64,000 nt of DNA from Eledone cirrhosa (lineage: Eukaryota): contig OZ024743.1 of assembly GCA_964016885.1 (NCBI GenBank), forward strand, positions 178,126,001 through 178,190,000. Reading direction: 5' to 3'. Made by a program: the position numbers and the translations under genes. This document shows, one piece after another, positions 14,036 through 25,756 of this stretch; positions within the stretch are counted from its first letter, which is position 1; each line of letters starts with the position of its first letter. The notes beneath the pieces were generated by a model. That model had not been told where the DNA came from. It did not search any database and saw only the letters and a list, made by a program, of their open reading frames with translations.

Positions 14036-14274
14036 CAAATAGTAATTAAATAGTAGACACAAGGAAATTATAACAGATGGTAGATTTTCTCGATGCGGAA
14101 TGGACCTCCGTCGGATGCGAGGATGAGCGCTTCAGTTGTGCGATAAAACGGAACAGCATTCTCATGAAATTATTTTGAACATTTAAATCAAGCCAGACAA
14201 GAGAGCCTCAATGCGATTGTTTAACCTGCTAGAAATAGCAACCAAACTACCCGCAAATTACACCTTAATATCCT

Positions 14275-14497
14275 AGAATAATTGTTTCTTTATATAGGCA
14301 CAAGACCAGCAATTTTGGGGGAGGAAAAAGTCGGTTAAATCGACCCCAGTGCGTGATTGGTACTTTATTTTATCGACCCCGTAAGGATGAAAGGCAAAGT
14401 TAACCTCGGCGTGATTTGAATTCACATCATAAAGGACCGTAACTGTGCTGCAAAGCATGGCGTCCGGTCCTCTACCGATACTGCCAATCCGCCGCCC
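14275..14497 (-). mobile_element. SINE family A with apparent TSD
   Basis: Full copy flanked by a repeated TAATATCCTAGAATAAT. Confidence 0.82.
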
Positions 14498-15344
14498 TAA
14501 TATCCTAGAATAATAAAAACATATTGGATAATGTATTGTTGGATACATAGATACGTACTCTCGAGTCGCGAATAATACCCCGCCCCCATTAATTTTTCAG
14601 ATTTTTTTTCAACCCCTCCTCTGCTCTTATTCTAAGATTATCAAATGTTGCTAATCTATCTCCGGTGAAATTTTATGGTAGCATTCCTGCCACAACTAAT
14701 TTTCTTTAGACATTAAAAAACATTATACACGACAAAAAATGTACATTACTAGAAATCCCATATTATAAAATAAAGAGGATGGTAAACTACACGGCTAATT
14801 CTGTTTTTTTTTTAATCAACGGAGACAACCAAGAAAAATTACCGATTTTCCAACAAACCACGCTTATCCCCAACCCCGACCCCTGCATATTCCAACCCCA
14901 TCCCCGAGTTTTAAAATGCTAGAGAAATGCTTTGTTTCAATACAGCGTCCCTGCGACTCTCCCAGGAGTTACGGGACCATCCATCCATCCAATATTTTTT
15001 CTATGCACTTCAATGTACTATTTCAGAACTACTGCACAAGTCTGATTTAACGAGATTTGGTAAGGGTTAGGGTGTTGAATGAACATGTGCACATCTCACC
15101 ATTCTAGCTCACAATCTCTTCAGATTGCTCTATGTGAAATAAAAACAAGAGAAGCAAAGCTGAGCCATATATTTGGCATATATGGTCTCGTAACTCTAGA
15201 GGAAGTCGTTTGGGGGCTGTATTGACAAAAGGATATTTTAAAACTTGGGGTAGTTCCTCCCTCTCCAGGTTTGAACATAGCAGATTTCTTCCAGAGAAAG
15301 ATTAAGAGTGAGGGAAAGTTGGATAGATGAAGAATTAGCTCCAG

Positions 15345-15490
15345 TCCTAGACTGGTACGCTTTTTATCGACATCGAAATAATGAAAGGCAAAGTTGACTT
15401 CGGTGGGATTTGAACGCAGAGGTCAGAGAGCTGGGCCTAATGCCGCAAAGCATTCTATCCGACATTCGAACGCCTCTGCCAATTCACTCT
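15345..15490 (-). mobile_element. diverged SINE family A
   Basis: GAAAGGCAAAGTTGAC..GGATTTGAAC core. Confidence 0.65.
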
Positions 15491-15915
15491 CTTTGACATA
15501 TGTTTAGGGTCTTCTGAATACGATAGTATTCAAATCTCACCATTTGCTTGCTCTGTTTCATTCTATCGCTAAACCACATTTATTTTAATCATTTTTCCTT
15601 CTTCAAATGTACGTTTGGATAGAGACAACTTTTTCTATCGGTAATCGTAGTGGAGGTAATAATAGAGGAGATAATGGGGACGTGATAGTGGTGGTTGTGG
15701 AGCTGGTGGTGGCCGCCGCAGTGTGGAGAGGGGAAACAGGGAACCAAACGATTGTTTAGGACATGCGAAAGTACAATTTGTCAGTTAAGGACATTTTTTT
15801 GAAAATATTTTGATAAAATTTCATTAAGAAATATTGAGGAAAATATTTAAAAAAGAAACATTCAAGGGTTTCTTCTGACAGGACCCGCTGGAAAGTGTGC
15901 TTCAGGACTCTTCCT

Positions 15916-15916
<1 letters not shown>

Positions 15917-15946
<30 letters not shown>

Positions 15947-15980
15947 AAGAAGAAGAAGAAGAAGAAGAAGAAGAAGAAGA
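15917..15980. repeat. (AAG)n microsatellite
   Basis: Directly visible. Confidence 0.97.
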
Positions 15981-16246
15981 GGAGGACGAGGGGAGGACGG
16001 GGAGGAAGAAGGGACTATCCAGTGAGTAGTGAGTTCCATCTTTACTAAATAGAGAGAAAACTCGAAATATATCACGATCATATTGGGTATCTCTAATTTG
16101 TACTTTTAGAGTTACCCCCCTTACTTTTTTATTACTACATTTAATCATTAAACTTAATGGTTATTTCTCCTCACTACAAGTTTTATATTTATTAATACAA
16201 AAATGTTTGATTCATGACAAATATATATAGCTCCCATTTTAGTATA

Positions 16247-16573
16247 CAGTGGAACCTCGGGTCACGAACTTAATTCCTTCCTGAAGGCTGTTCGTAATCC
16301 GAAATGCTCGTTAATCGAAACTTTTATCTATATGTAATGTTGAGAGAAACACAATGAAAGAGAAACTGTTTGTGAAAGACAGATAGATATCACCACTACA
16401 CAGCAACTGACGCTTTCCCGCCGATACTCCCATCTTGTTGCCACCTGTTGTTGCCGAAATGTATGTTCGTTACTCGAAACACCATTCGTGTACCGAGACA
16501 TTTTATGTTCGAAAAATTGTTCATGAACCAATTTATTCGTAATGAGAGGCGTTCGTGATCCGAGATTCTACTG
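16247..16573. mobile_element. Tc1/mariner (Tigger/pogo-like) MITE
   Basis: TA|CAGTGGAACCTCGGGTCACGAAC ... GTTCGTGATCCGAGATTCTACTG|TA: ~23-bp TIRs with TA TSD. Confidence 0.85.
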
Positions 16574-16749
16574 TACAGATTTTTTGTGCCTCTGGTCATT
16601 TAGATTACAGAGCCGTAAGTAAATACCACAAGGTATTGTCTGAAGCTCGCGTGATTCTGTCTTTTCACTAATGTAACGAGAATCACAAATCTAATGAGAA
16701 ATAATTATATCGGGAAAAAAATTATATTATCTCAATTACTAATATTACT

Positions 16750-17510
16750 TTAGATTGCCCGTAGAATCGGTAGACCGTCGGACAACATGCTTTGCGACTT
16801 AGGTTCTGAATTCAAATCCCGCCGAGGTTAACTTTGTCTTTCATCCTTACGGGGTCGATAAAATAAAGTTACCAGTAATGCACTGAGGTCGATTTAATTG
16901 ACTTTTCCCTTCCTCAAAATTGCTGGCTAGCAATTTTAAGGAAGGGAAAAGTCAATTAAATCGATCTCAGTGCATTACTGGTAACTTTATTTCTAGGCCA
17001 ATTTAAAACAATGATTTCTAGTATACTAGAAATCATTGTTTTAAATTGGCCTTAGAATAGGTACAGCGTCGGATAACATGCTTTGTGGTATATAGTTAGG
17101 GCTATTTATGTTCAGAATTCAAATCCAGCTAAGGTTAGCTTTGCCTTTCAACCTTACGGAAGCTGATAAAATACAGTACTAGTAAAACACTGGGATCGAT
17201 TTAATTGACATTCCTCACCGCAAAAAAAAAAAAAATGATCGCTGGCCTTGTGTTTTAATCATTATTTTATTCTTTTGGACAAACAAGGTAGACAATTACG
17301 TATATAGATTAAGTCTTAGATTTCTTCAGTTAAGCATATATTATACTTCATCGTTTATGGTGAAGTAATAATGCCTTCGATTAAATCGACCCCAGTGCAT
17401 TACTGGTGTTTTATTCGATCGACCCCGTAAGGATGAAAGGCAAAGCTAACCTCGGCGGGATTTGAACTCAGAGAGTAAAGGATTTGAACTCTGCCAGTCC
17501 ACCGCCCTGT
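16750..17510. mobile_element. cluster of three SINE family A copies with two fold-back palindromes
   Basis: Copies at ~16750-16930(+), 17060-17255(+) and 17380-17510(-). Palindromes at 16861-16992 and 16993-17056. Confidence 0.8.
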
Positions 17511-18854
17511 GGTAAAGTAATAATGAAAGGATCACTACGTAGATGTGCAATATTATACAGGCATAGACAGTAGTAACATTAATATAAAACAATAAATAAA
17601 TCAATGATAACCGAGCGGTGTGGTGATATGATACAAAAGACCCGCCCACCATGACAAACACTGCAACACTAAACATATGGTGAGAGAGTGTCTGGCGATC
17701 GAACAAAGCCAGTATAGGGACTAAGAGGACTCTGCAGTCTAGACAACCATATGGTAACCTCTTTAGTGTTGGTGCTTTGAAAAAATGCTCCCAGTCCGTC
17801 TTGTAAAGTGATAGTATTTGGTACCACGATAAAACGTTCCCAGTCTACGCTTTAAAGTAGTAGTGGTGGTGCCACGATAAGATGCACCTCGTAACCATGT
17901 AAGGCAGTTGATGTTATGAAGGACACCCATCAGTAAATATCATGTCTAATAAGAAAGGAAATGATGTTTCCAGCATTTTTTACGTCGTTACCCACTTTCA
18001 CGTGCAAAACTATTCCACCGCCCACCTGTATAGTAAATATTTAAAAGTATACCAAAAATGTTTGGTAAGAGATTGTTACTCGTTCGTTATTCCCATTTAG
18101 CATCCTGTTTTGTTTTATACAGGTTCTTTGCATATCTTCTTTGAATATTTTCTTTTCGGGTAGCATATGTCGAAATACCTTTTTGATACTGAAAATGCTA
18201 TATCATCCACCAGTTTCCAATCACCCACCATTTTTTGTTCAGTTGTTCATCGTCCACAGGCTGGTGATATCGTCCAGTTTGGTACACACTGCTCTAATGT
18301 ATCTGGTCTCGAATCTGGTCTCCAATCTAGGCCTGTGTGAAAAGAGGACGTTAGAACGATGTCGATGTCTAGGTTAATTACTTAATTATCAAAGCTACCT
18401 TTCTTTGTTGTTATTTTTTTCTGTCATACATTGTTTTTCTTAATTTAAATATTCCTTTTTCGCTACATAATGGTGTTTTCTATTTTACTCGAGTCATAAT
18501 AATTTCAATCTTTCCCAGGTGTATCATTTTGTTTTTATTCCCATCTTATTCATTTTTATAAAAATATAAAAATTTGTTAGTTCAAAGTCAAGAAAGAAAA
18601 ATGTTTTCTCCGATCCCAGAGTAATTACTCTAGTTTGACAGTAATGTGACAGCAGTTAATATTGTCTCAAAAGCTACCAACGCTCCCATTTTAAAACTAC
18701 ATTTTAAAAAAAGTAGTATTTTTTATTAATATTTGTTCCTTTCTTTGTTTAACATTACATTACTTTTCATTTTAACGATTTAACTCACTTGATGAGAATA
18801 TATTGTAATACAAGGACCCGCATGTGATTATATAAAAGTGACAATGTACGTCAA

Positions 18855-19010
18855 GGCGGCGAATTGACAGAGTCGTTAGAATGTTGGATAGAATGTTTTG
18901 CGGTATTCGTTACGGCTATCTGCTCTCTGAGTTCAAATCCTACCCAGGCCAACTTTGCCTTTCCATGCTAGGTCGATAAAAATAGTACCAGACCAGTAGT
19001 GGAGTCGATT
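18855..19010 (+). mobile_element. diverged SINE family A
   Basis: GGCGGCGAATTGACAG..GAGTTCAAATCC..GTCGATAAA. Confidence 0.7.
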
Positions 19011-19498
19011 CTTCCTCTATATCACTTTCTCACTTCCATTCTCTCACTTTCTATCCTACTCTGGAGCGATATCTGTTGTATTCAGAAATGTAAAAGATGC
19101 CCAAGAAACACCGTATATCAATACAGCCTCCCTATGACTCCCTCAGGCGTTATGGGATCATAAATGTCAATGTAAGTTAATATTTTGGAGGAACCATAAT
19201 GTCAAATCCTTCTAAGTCTGCGGGAACTCAGGAAAAGAATATAGTAGCTTATAAGGTTTCTTTTAGGGCAAGACGTTAAACGTTTCACAGCTTTTTTTGC
19301 TCTTCTTAACAATATATTTCGATTGCTTATGACCCAAACCTTCTTCTTTAAAAGCCATATATAAAGTTCAGGTTATGCCACTGTTTCGCAGCGAACTTAA
19401 TTTCCACGTGTGATTATATAGGTGTGTTGAGCGGACATGAAAGCCAGTCAATATGTATTTATACAAATGTTTATACGTATATGTGCGTGGGTGGGTGG

Positions 19499-19572
<74 letters not shown>

Positions 19573-19799
19573 AAGAAATGGGGCGGGTTGAATGGATGGA
19601 GGGTTGGACGAATATACAAAGAAAGAAAGAAAGAACATAAACAAATGTGATTAAGTATTGAACAAAAGTCGGCAAAACTAAATAGTTATTTTGTAAAACC
19701 TGTATCAGAAGGAGGAAAAGCAGAATAAATTATGACCACAGATTCTGGTTGAGTTAATATTTACTCAAGATGCGAAGATGGTTAAGTTGAATCAATCGT

Positions 19800-20260
19800 A
19801 GAGTGTTGAGTTAAACATACAAACTGACAAATTGAATAGACTGTCGTTCACACAGACTTGATTTCTGATGATTGGACGTAAAGATAGGAAGAACTGTTAT
19901 AACCAAATATAACCACAGCTGACAGGGAACGAAGAATCCAATGGTTGGAGCACAAGCGTATCAGCAGTTTGCTACATATCTCGTATACGGAGCACAAAAC
20001 AAACAGTTTTATCTGGTAACAAGTTAATAAATATGCTGGCAGACAGAAACCACTCTTTGAGATGGTGAAAAGACGGAAGCTTGCCTGGTGTGGTCATCTA
20101 TCCCGCCACAACTCCTTGTTTAAAACTATCCTTCAGTCGAGGGACGGTGAAGAAGAGGCAGACAAAGAAAATCCTGGTCCGACAACATCAAAGACTGGAC
20201 TGGTCACAACACCGACACCCTTCTATGCATGACAGAGAATAGAAACCAATGACAACGACT
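19800..20260 (+). mobile_element. RTE (BovB-like) LINE 3' fragment
   Basis: VKRRKLAWCGHLSRHNSLFKTILQ..RGRQRKSWSDNIKDWTG. Confidence 0.75.
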
Positions 20261-20281
20261 AACGGCAAAGGCTGTGCTTGT

Positions 20282-20565
20282 GGTACATTTAGAGTGGCAC
20301 CCCACCGAGTGACTGCACCCGTGGCACATCTAGAGTGACACCCCAGTGACTGGCTGCACTCGTGGCACATCTAGAGTGCGGCACCCCAATGACTGGCTGC
20401 CCCCATGGTACATCTACAGTGTTGCACCCCAATGACTGACTGCACCCGTGGCACATCTACAGTGCCGCCCCAACGACTGACTGCACCAGTAGTACATCTA
20501 GAGTGGCACCCCAACGACTGGCTGCAACAGTAGCATGATATCCCAACGACTGGCTGCACCAGTAG
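20282..20565. repeat. ~42-bp minisatellite
   Basis: About 6-7 copies of GGCACATCTAGAGTGGCACCCCAATGACTGGCTGCACCCGT. Confidence 0.85.
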
Positions 20566-20604
20566 TGGAAACAACATCCTGATAAACCAGTTGTGGAAAC
20601 GGGA

Positions 20605-21110
20605 TCGATAAATAAAGCACCAGTAATGCGCTAGGGTCGATTTAATCGACTTTCTCCCTCTCCCGCTAAAATTGTTGGCTCTGTGCCTAAATCAGAAACC
20701 ATTATTATTATTAAGGCGGTGGATTGGCAGTATCGGTAGAGGGTCGGACGCCATGCTTTGCAGCACAGTTACGTCCCTTTACGGACTGAGTTCAAATCCC
20801 GCCGAGGTTAACTTTGCCTTTCATCCTTACGGGGTCGATAAAATAAAGTACCAGTAATACACTGGAGTAATTGCTGGCCTTGTGCCAAATGTAGAAACAA
20901 TTATTATTATTATTGGTGAATTGGCAGTATCGGTAGAGGGTTGGACGCCATGCTTTCTAGCATAGTTACGTCCCTTTACGGTCTGAGTTCAAATCCCGCC
21001 GAGGTTAACTTTGCCTTTCATCCTTACGGGGTCGATAAAATAAAGTACCAGTAATGTACTGGGTAATTGCTGGCCTTGTGCCAAAAGTAGAAACAATTAT
21101 TATTATTATT
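20605..21110 (+). mobile_element. head-to-tail array of SINE family A (one partial, two full)
   Basis: Copies at 20605-20710, 20714-20905 and 20914-21110, each ending in (ATT)n. Confidence 0.85.
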
Positions 21111-21409
21111 TATAACATGCTCAAAAGTGAGAAAGAATTGATTCCTCTTCATGGATATAGAATTACAGATATTTTTCGATGGGAGAAAGGAGATGTTTTT
21201 CCCAATGGTGCTAACCAGGTTCATAAAAATCTTCCTTTTATCTCCACAGGTTTGTCTGCAAATTATTATTGATTCCTTTTAAAGCTATTAAATAGGATCA
21301 AGGCCTCATAGAGATAAGCGAATGTTAGTTCGAGATATCCAGCTATTTATTTTGTCCAACAATTTTAATGACAACACAAAGTCAGGCGGGGACAACCTAT
21401 TTTAAGCTG

Positions 21410-21965
21410 TAGGCCACATATAGGGTATAGCTCAATATCAGGCAGGCCACATATAGTATATAGCTCATCATGAGGCAAGCCACATATAGAATATAATCTC
21501 TTAAAAGGCGGGCCACATATAGAATATAGCTCATCATGAGGCAAGCCACATATAGAATATAACCTCTTATAAGGTGGACCACATATAGAATATAGCTCAT
21601 TATAAGACAGGCCACATATAGACTATAGCTCATCATGAGGCAAGCCACATATAAGATATAGCTCATTATAAGGTGGGCCACATATAAGATATAGCTCATT
21701 ATAAGACAGGCCACATATAGTATATAGCTCTTCATAAGGCAGGCCACATATAAGATATAGCTCATTATAAGGTGGGCCATATTTACAATGTAGCCCATTA
21801 TAAGGCCACATATAGAATATAGTTCATCATAAGGTGGGCCACATATAGAATACAGCTCTTCATAAGGCAGGTTACATATACTATAGTATATTATAAGGTG
21901 GGCCATATATATATATATGATATAGCTCATTATAAGGTGGACCATATATAGAATATAGCTCAATA
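21410..21965. repeat. ~33-bp minisatellite
   Basis: About 16 copies of GGCCACATATAGAATATAGCTCATTATAAGGCA. Confidence 0.9.
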
Positions 21966-21999
21966 TAAAAACATTTCAAGACCTTTTTTCAAAAAAAAG

Positions 22000-22562
22000 A
22001 AAGGAGAGGAAAAATGAAAACAAACAGCATTTGCATATGGTAACTGGTATAGAAACAAAGATAGGCTTCAGAGAAGAGTAATAAAACCAAAGAGACCATC
22101 CTGCAAGTCTAGAAATGGTAACAAAGAACAATTCCAAATAGCTTGAGGTGAGACTAGGAGACAGGTATATTTAGCAAAGAGAGAAGCAGAATAAAAAAAA
22201 AATTACACTTGTTCTACATTGTGAAGATGAGAGTTATGAAGTGTTCCAGATTGTGAGATTATTAGAGAAATTCAAGACATGGTTGGGAAAAAGTGTGTCC
22301 GAAATGAAAATAGTGCACTTGCCTTGACTGATGTGGAAAATATAGAGGTAGGGAAAGTCTATTAGGAGAGAATGTTGAACAAAGATAATAAATGGAACAA
22401 TAAGAATCTACTCCATGCTGACCCATATGATAGTCCAGGCTTACAAGTTGATAGCAGTAAGATAAGCAAAGTGATTAAGGAAATTAAGATAGGGAGGACA
22501 GCTAAACGAGCTAGTTTAGTTTCTGAGATGCTCAAAACATCTGGCATGGTAGGTTATGAGCT
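22000..22562 (+). mobile_element. old RTE LINE fragment (further piece at ~23160-23280)
   Basis: Homologous to ORF 27331..28020 (VGKKCVRN, EMLKTSG). Confidence 0.7.
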
Positions 22563-23384
22563 GTCTACATCAGCACATAAGACTACTTCAACTAGTAAAC
22601 TTATTTAACACTAACACAAATTATACTGTTACATATTAGAATTGTATTTAACATCTAAGTAATAGGAAATTATTTCCTTCATTGAGATATTGTTACATGC
22701 AATAAACCAATAAACATAACATTGAAAGAAAGCATTTACTAGTAAATATATCTGATGCAGAACTTTACATCTTAAAATATGTTCTCTTCCGTTCTAACAG
22801 GATAGAAACAGACCAAATGGAGTCCAAATTCTGTTTTAAATTACAAATATTACAGATATAACAACCTCCGCCTCCTCCTCCTTCCTCCTCCTCCATCTCC
22901 TTCTTCACCCACTTATTCCTGAGAGGGTCATGGGGGCAGAGTCCTCAAACACTCCTTCCAGTGGGTCCTATCAGAAGCAACCATCTCCAACTAATCCGGC
23001 TGGATCACCAAGTGAGACCAGCCAAGCTCATCGATGTTATCCAATCATCTTGTTGGGGTCTACCTCTGAGTCTCCAGTTGGTTTTGCCCAGCAAATCTAT
23101 CCACATCTCCCTAATATTGGAGCTAGTTATGAGCTAGTTAGATGCCTAATTAATCAAGGAGTATGTGACAGTCTTATATTCAATTGCTAGTATAGTAATA
23201 TCATTATAAACTGCTTCGGGGACAAAAGGGAAATAACTATAGGGGCATCAAGTTGATAGACCTATACATTGAAATTGTTATAGCACAGCTAATGGCCAGT
23301 GTTGTGCTGATGTTCTCTCTCACTCACTGCCTCTGTCTCTCTCACTCTTCCCATTTCTCACTATTATAAGCAAAGGGAACCCGC

Positions 23385-23462
23385 ATGCTAGCTGCCCTGT
23401 GGCCCCGGTGGACAGAATAGAGAAGGCGTTTCCCTGGAGGATGGGGAGGGAAATGCGTTGGG
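23385..23462 (-). mobile_element. CRE-like 3' tip
   Basis: Reverse complement matches 32173-32240 (QRISLPILQGNAFSILSTG). Confidence 0.7.
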
Positions 23463-23518
23463 GCATAACTAATTTAAGACAACATCAATCTAGAGGAGAA
23501 ATAGACCTAGACATTCAA

Positions 23519-23655
23519 AGGGTTATATCACAGTTAATTAGAGATATCAATCTAGATGAGATGTAGTTTAAGTTAGAAAGGGTTATATCACAGTTAATTA
23601 GAGATATCAAACTAGATGTGATGTAGTTTAAGTTAGAAAGGGTTATATCACAGTA
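23519..23655. repeat. 60-bp tandem repeat, about 2.3 copies
   Basis: GGTTATATCACAG recurs at a 60-bp period. Confidence 0.85.
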
Positions 23656-24787
23656 ATATCGTCTTGAACTTTAGACAATATGCTCTTTGTATATATATTT
23701 AGACAAATGCATATATCTAATTTAATAATACCCTTTTTTAAGTTTAATTATAAGGCCTTTAGATACTTTAAGGCATTCTAATTGTTAATTTTAAATTTTT
23801 AAGGTTATAACTGTAATTATTTTTTAAATTATATAATGGTAATTATTTCAATATAAAAAAAAATGTTAATATAATATAAGATAATATAATTTAATATGGA
23901 TTACCTTCGTGAGGATGAAAGTATTCCTTCTCATGTTTGTAAATACTTTAAATATGATTTTATAAATTAAATATAATAGTATACTTTAATTTCGGCAACA
24001 TGACCCTATTAAATATAATAGTATACTTTAATATTGGCAACATGACCCTCCCAAAGTATAACAGTATACTTTAATATTAATATAGATATTTATAAACTTT
24101 TATAGCCTGAAATATTATACATTTTGATTAATTCATTATTCTGAACTAACATAAATGATTTTAAATTTAACGGTCAGCCGGATACGTTTGGATATATATA
24201 GTGTATATAATTAATTGTTAGTATATTTCTAATTAACTAAGGACTCGAAATTAAACCTTCATATACTTACACCCAGATATATTTAATATTTAGATTGATG
24301 GATACTTCTAGATAATTCAATAATTCAAAGATTCGAGTTTAATCTTTCACAAAGCTATGCCTAAATGCATATTCATGTGTTTGTATAGATATCTATAATT
24401 TTTGCATTATCTAATCAAACCCTATTCATCCACGACAATACAAACATCCCTCCCTATGCTTTATACTGCAAAAATTATTACTCCTTGTCTCTCTATCCTT
24501 GATCAATTCTCTTTTGCTTTCTATACTTCAAGTAACTATATTTTCTCCTCATCTGTTTCTCTCTGTCTTTCTTCTTTCTTCTTTCTTCAATAACTTAAAT
24601 TATTTGAATCTCTAACAATTATGTATATTGCTATTATGTATTTTTAAGCTTTCTCACACGCACCCTCTGTATTATATGTAAATTTTTTCATGTCTCAATC
24701 TTAAGGTATATAAATATTGAGTTTTGTCATATCTTATTCACTACCATGACTGAATCCTAATCATCAGGGTATGTCATGGATCATCTT

Positions 24788-24852
24788 ATTTTATCTGATG
24801 AGGACGTACTGTTGAAGTTAGCTCAGTACCTCTGAAATATGTATAATAAAAT
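24788..24852 (+). ncRNA. HHR (second, window-truncated copy at 63980-64000)
   Basis: ATTTTAT-CTGATGA-..GTACTG/CAGTAC..-GAAA-TATGTA-TA-ATAAAAT. Confidence 0.78.
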
Positions 24853-24991
24853 ATACTTGATCACACGAATGTCTATTTTTGTTAATATTTTGAATTAATA
24901 TTAATAACTCCGGAAAACCATATTTGTTGAGTGCTTCCAATCTATTGTAAAACTAATTCTTTGATTTATTCATTGAACCTTGTTTAACCTT

Positions 24992-25084
<93 letters not shown>

Positions 25085-25150
25085 GTTTACATATACTTAA
25101 GTAAGTGCCGTTCTAAGAGTGAGAAATGTAATTTCGTTTCATTCTATTCC

Positions 25151-25219
<69 letters not shown>

Positions 25220-25460
25220 TATACATATATACGTAGGTCCCGGGTTGAGTCGGGGATAACCACAGTAAGTAAGATACTCAATACATGGCAGAGTAAAATA
25301 TATTTAAAGCACTCTGGCTAATTGACCACTCCCCAAAGAAAAAACGGCCTCTGCCATGTTGTGGTCCTGTGTATCTAAATACCATCCCCCCCCCCGCCAC
25401 CACCCCTCCCTTACCACTACCTAAATGTATAAATACCAGAACTAACTTAATATGACACCC

Positions 25461-25511
25461 AGCTTTCTGAAGATTTCATCTGAATGAAACAGTACTAGTC
25501 CTGTAGAAGCT
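25461..25511 (+). ncRNA. HHR with bulged stem I (partial related copy 52712-52743, minus)
   Basis: AGCTTT-CTGAAGA-TTC/GAA-GAAA-CAGTACTAG-TC-CTGT-AGAAGCT. Confidence 0.6.
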
Positions 25512-25525
25512 CCTTCTATACAATA

Positions 25526-25586
<61 letters not shown>

Positions 25587-25756
25587 TATCTCCGAGGGTT
25601 CTTAACCCCACTATCAGGCTAAATAATTTCTTTAATTTCTTTAGTCAAAATACGGCGATAGCTAACATTTCTAATAATATATACATATATATATATACAT
25701 ATATATACATATATATATATACATACATATATATATACACATACATACATATATGC

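Noticed and set aside
20714-20800. tRNA genes
   Set aside because: The A/B boxes belong to SINE heads; no complete cloverleaf.
21397-21963. CRISPR-like array or repeat protein (also 20282-20565)
   Set aside because: Contiguous minisatellite with no unique spacers, no cas genes and a eukaryotic context.
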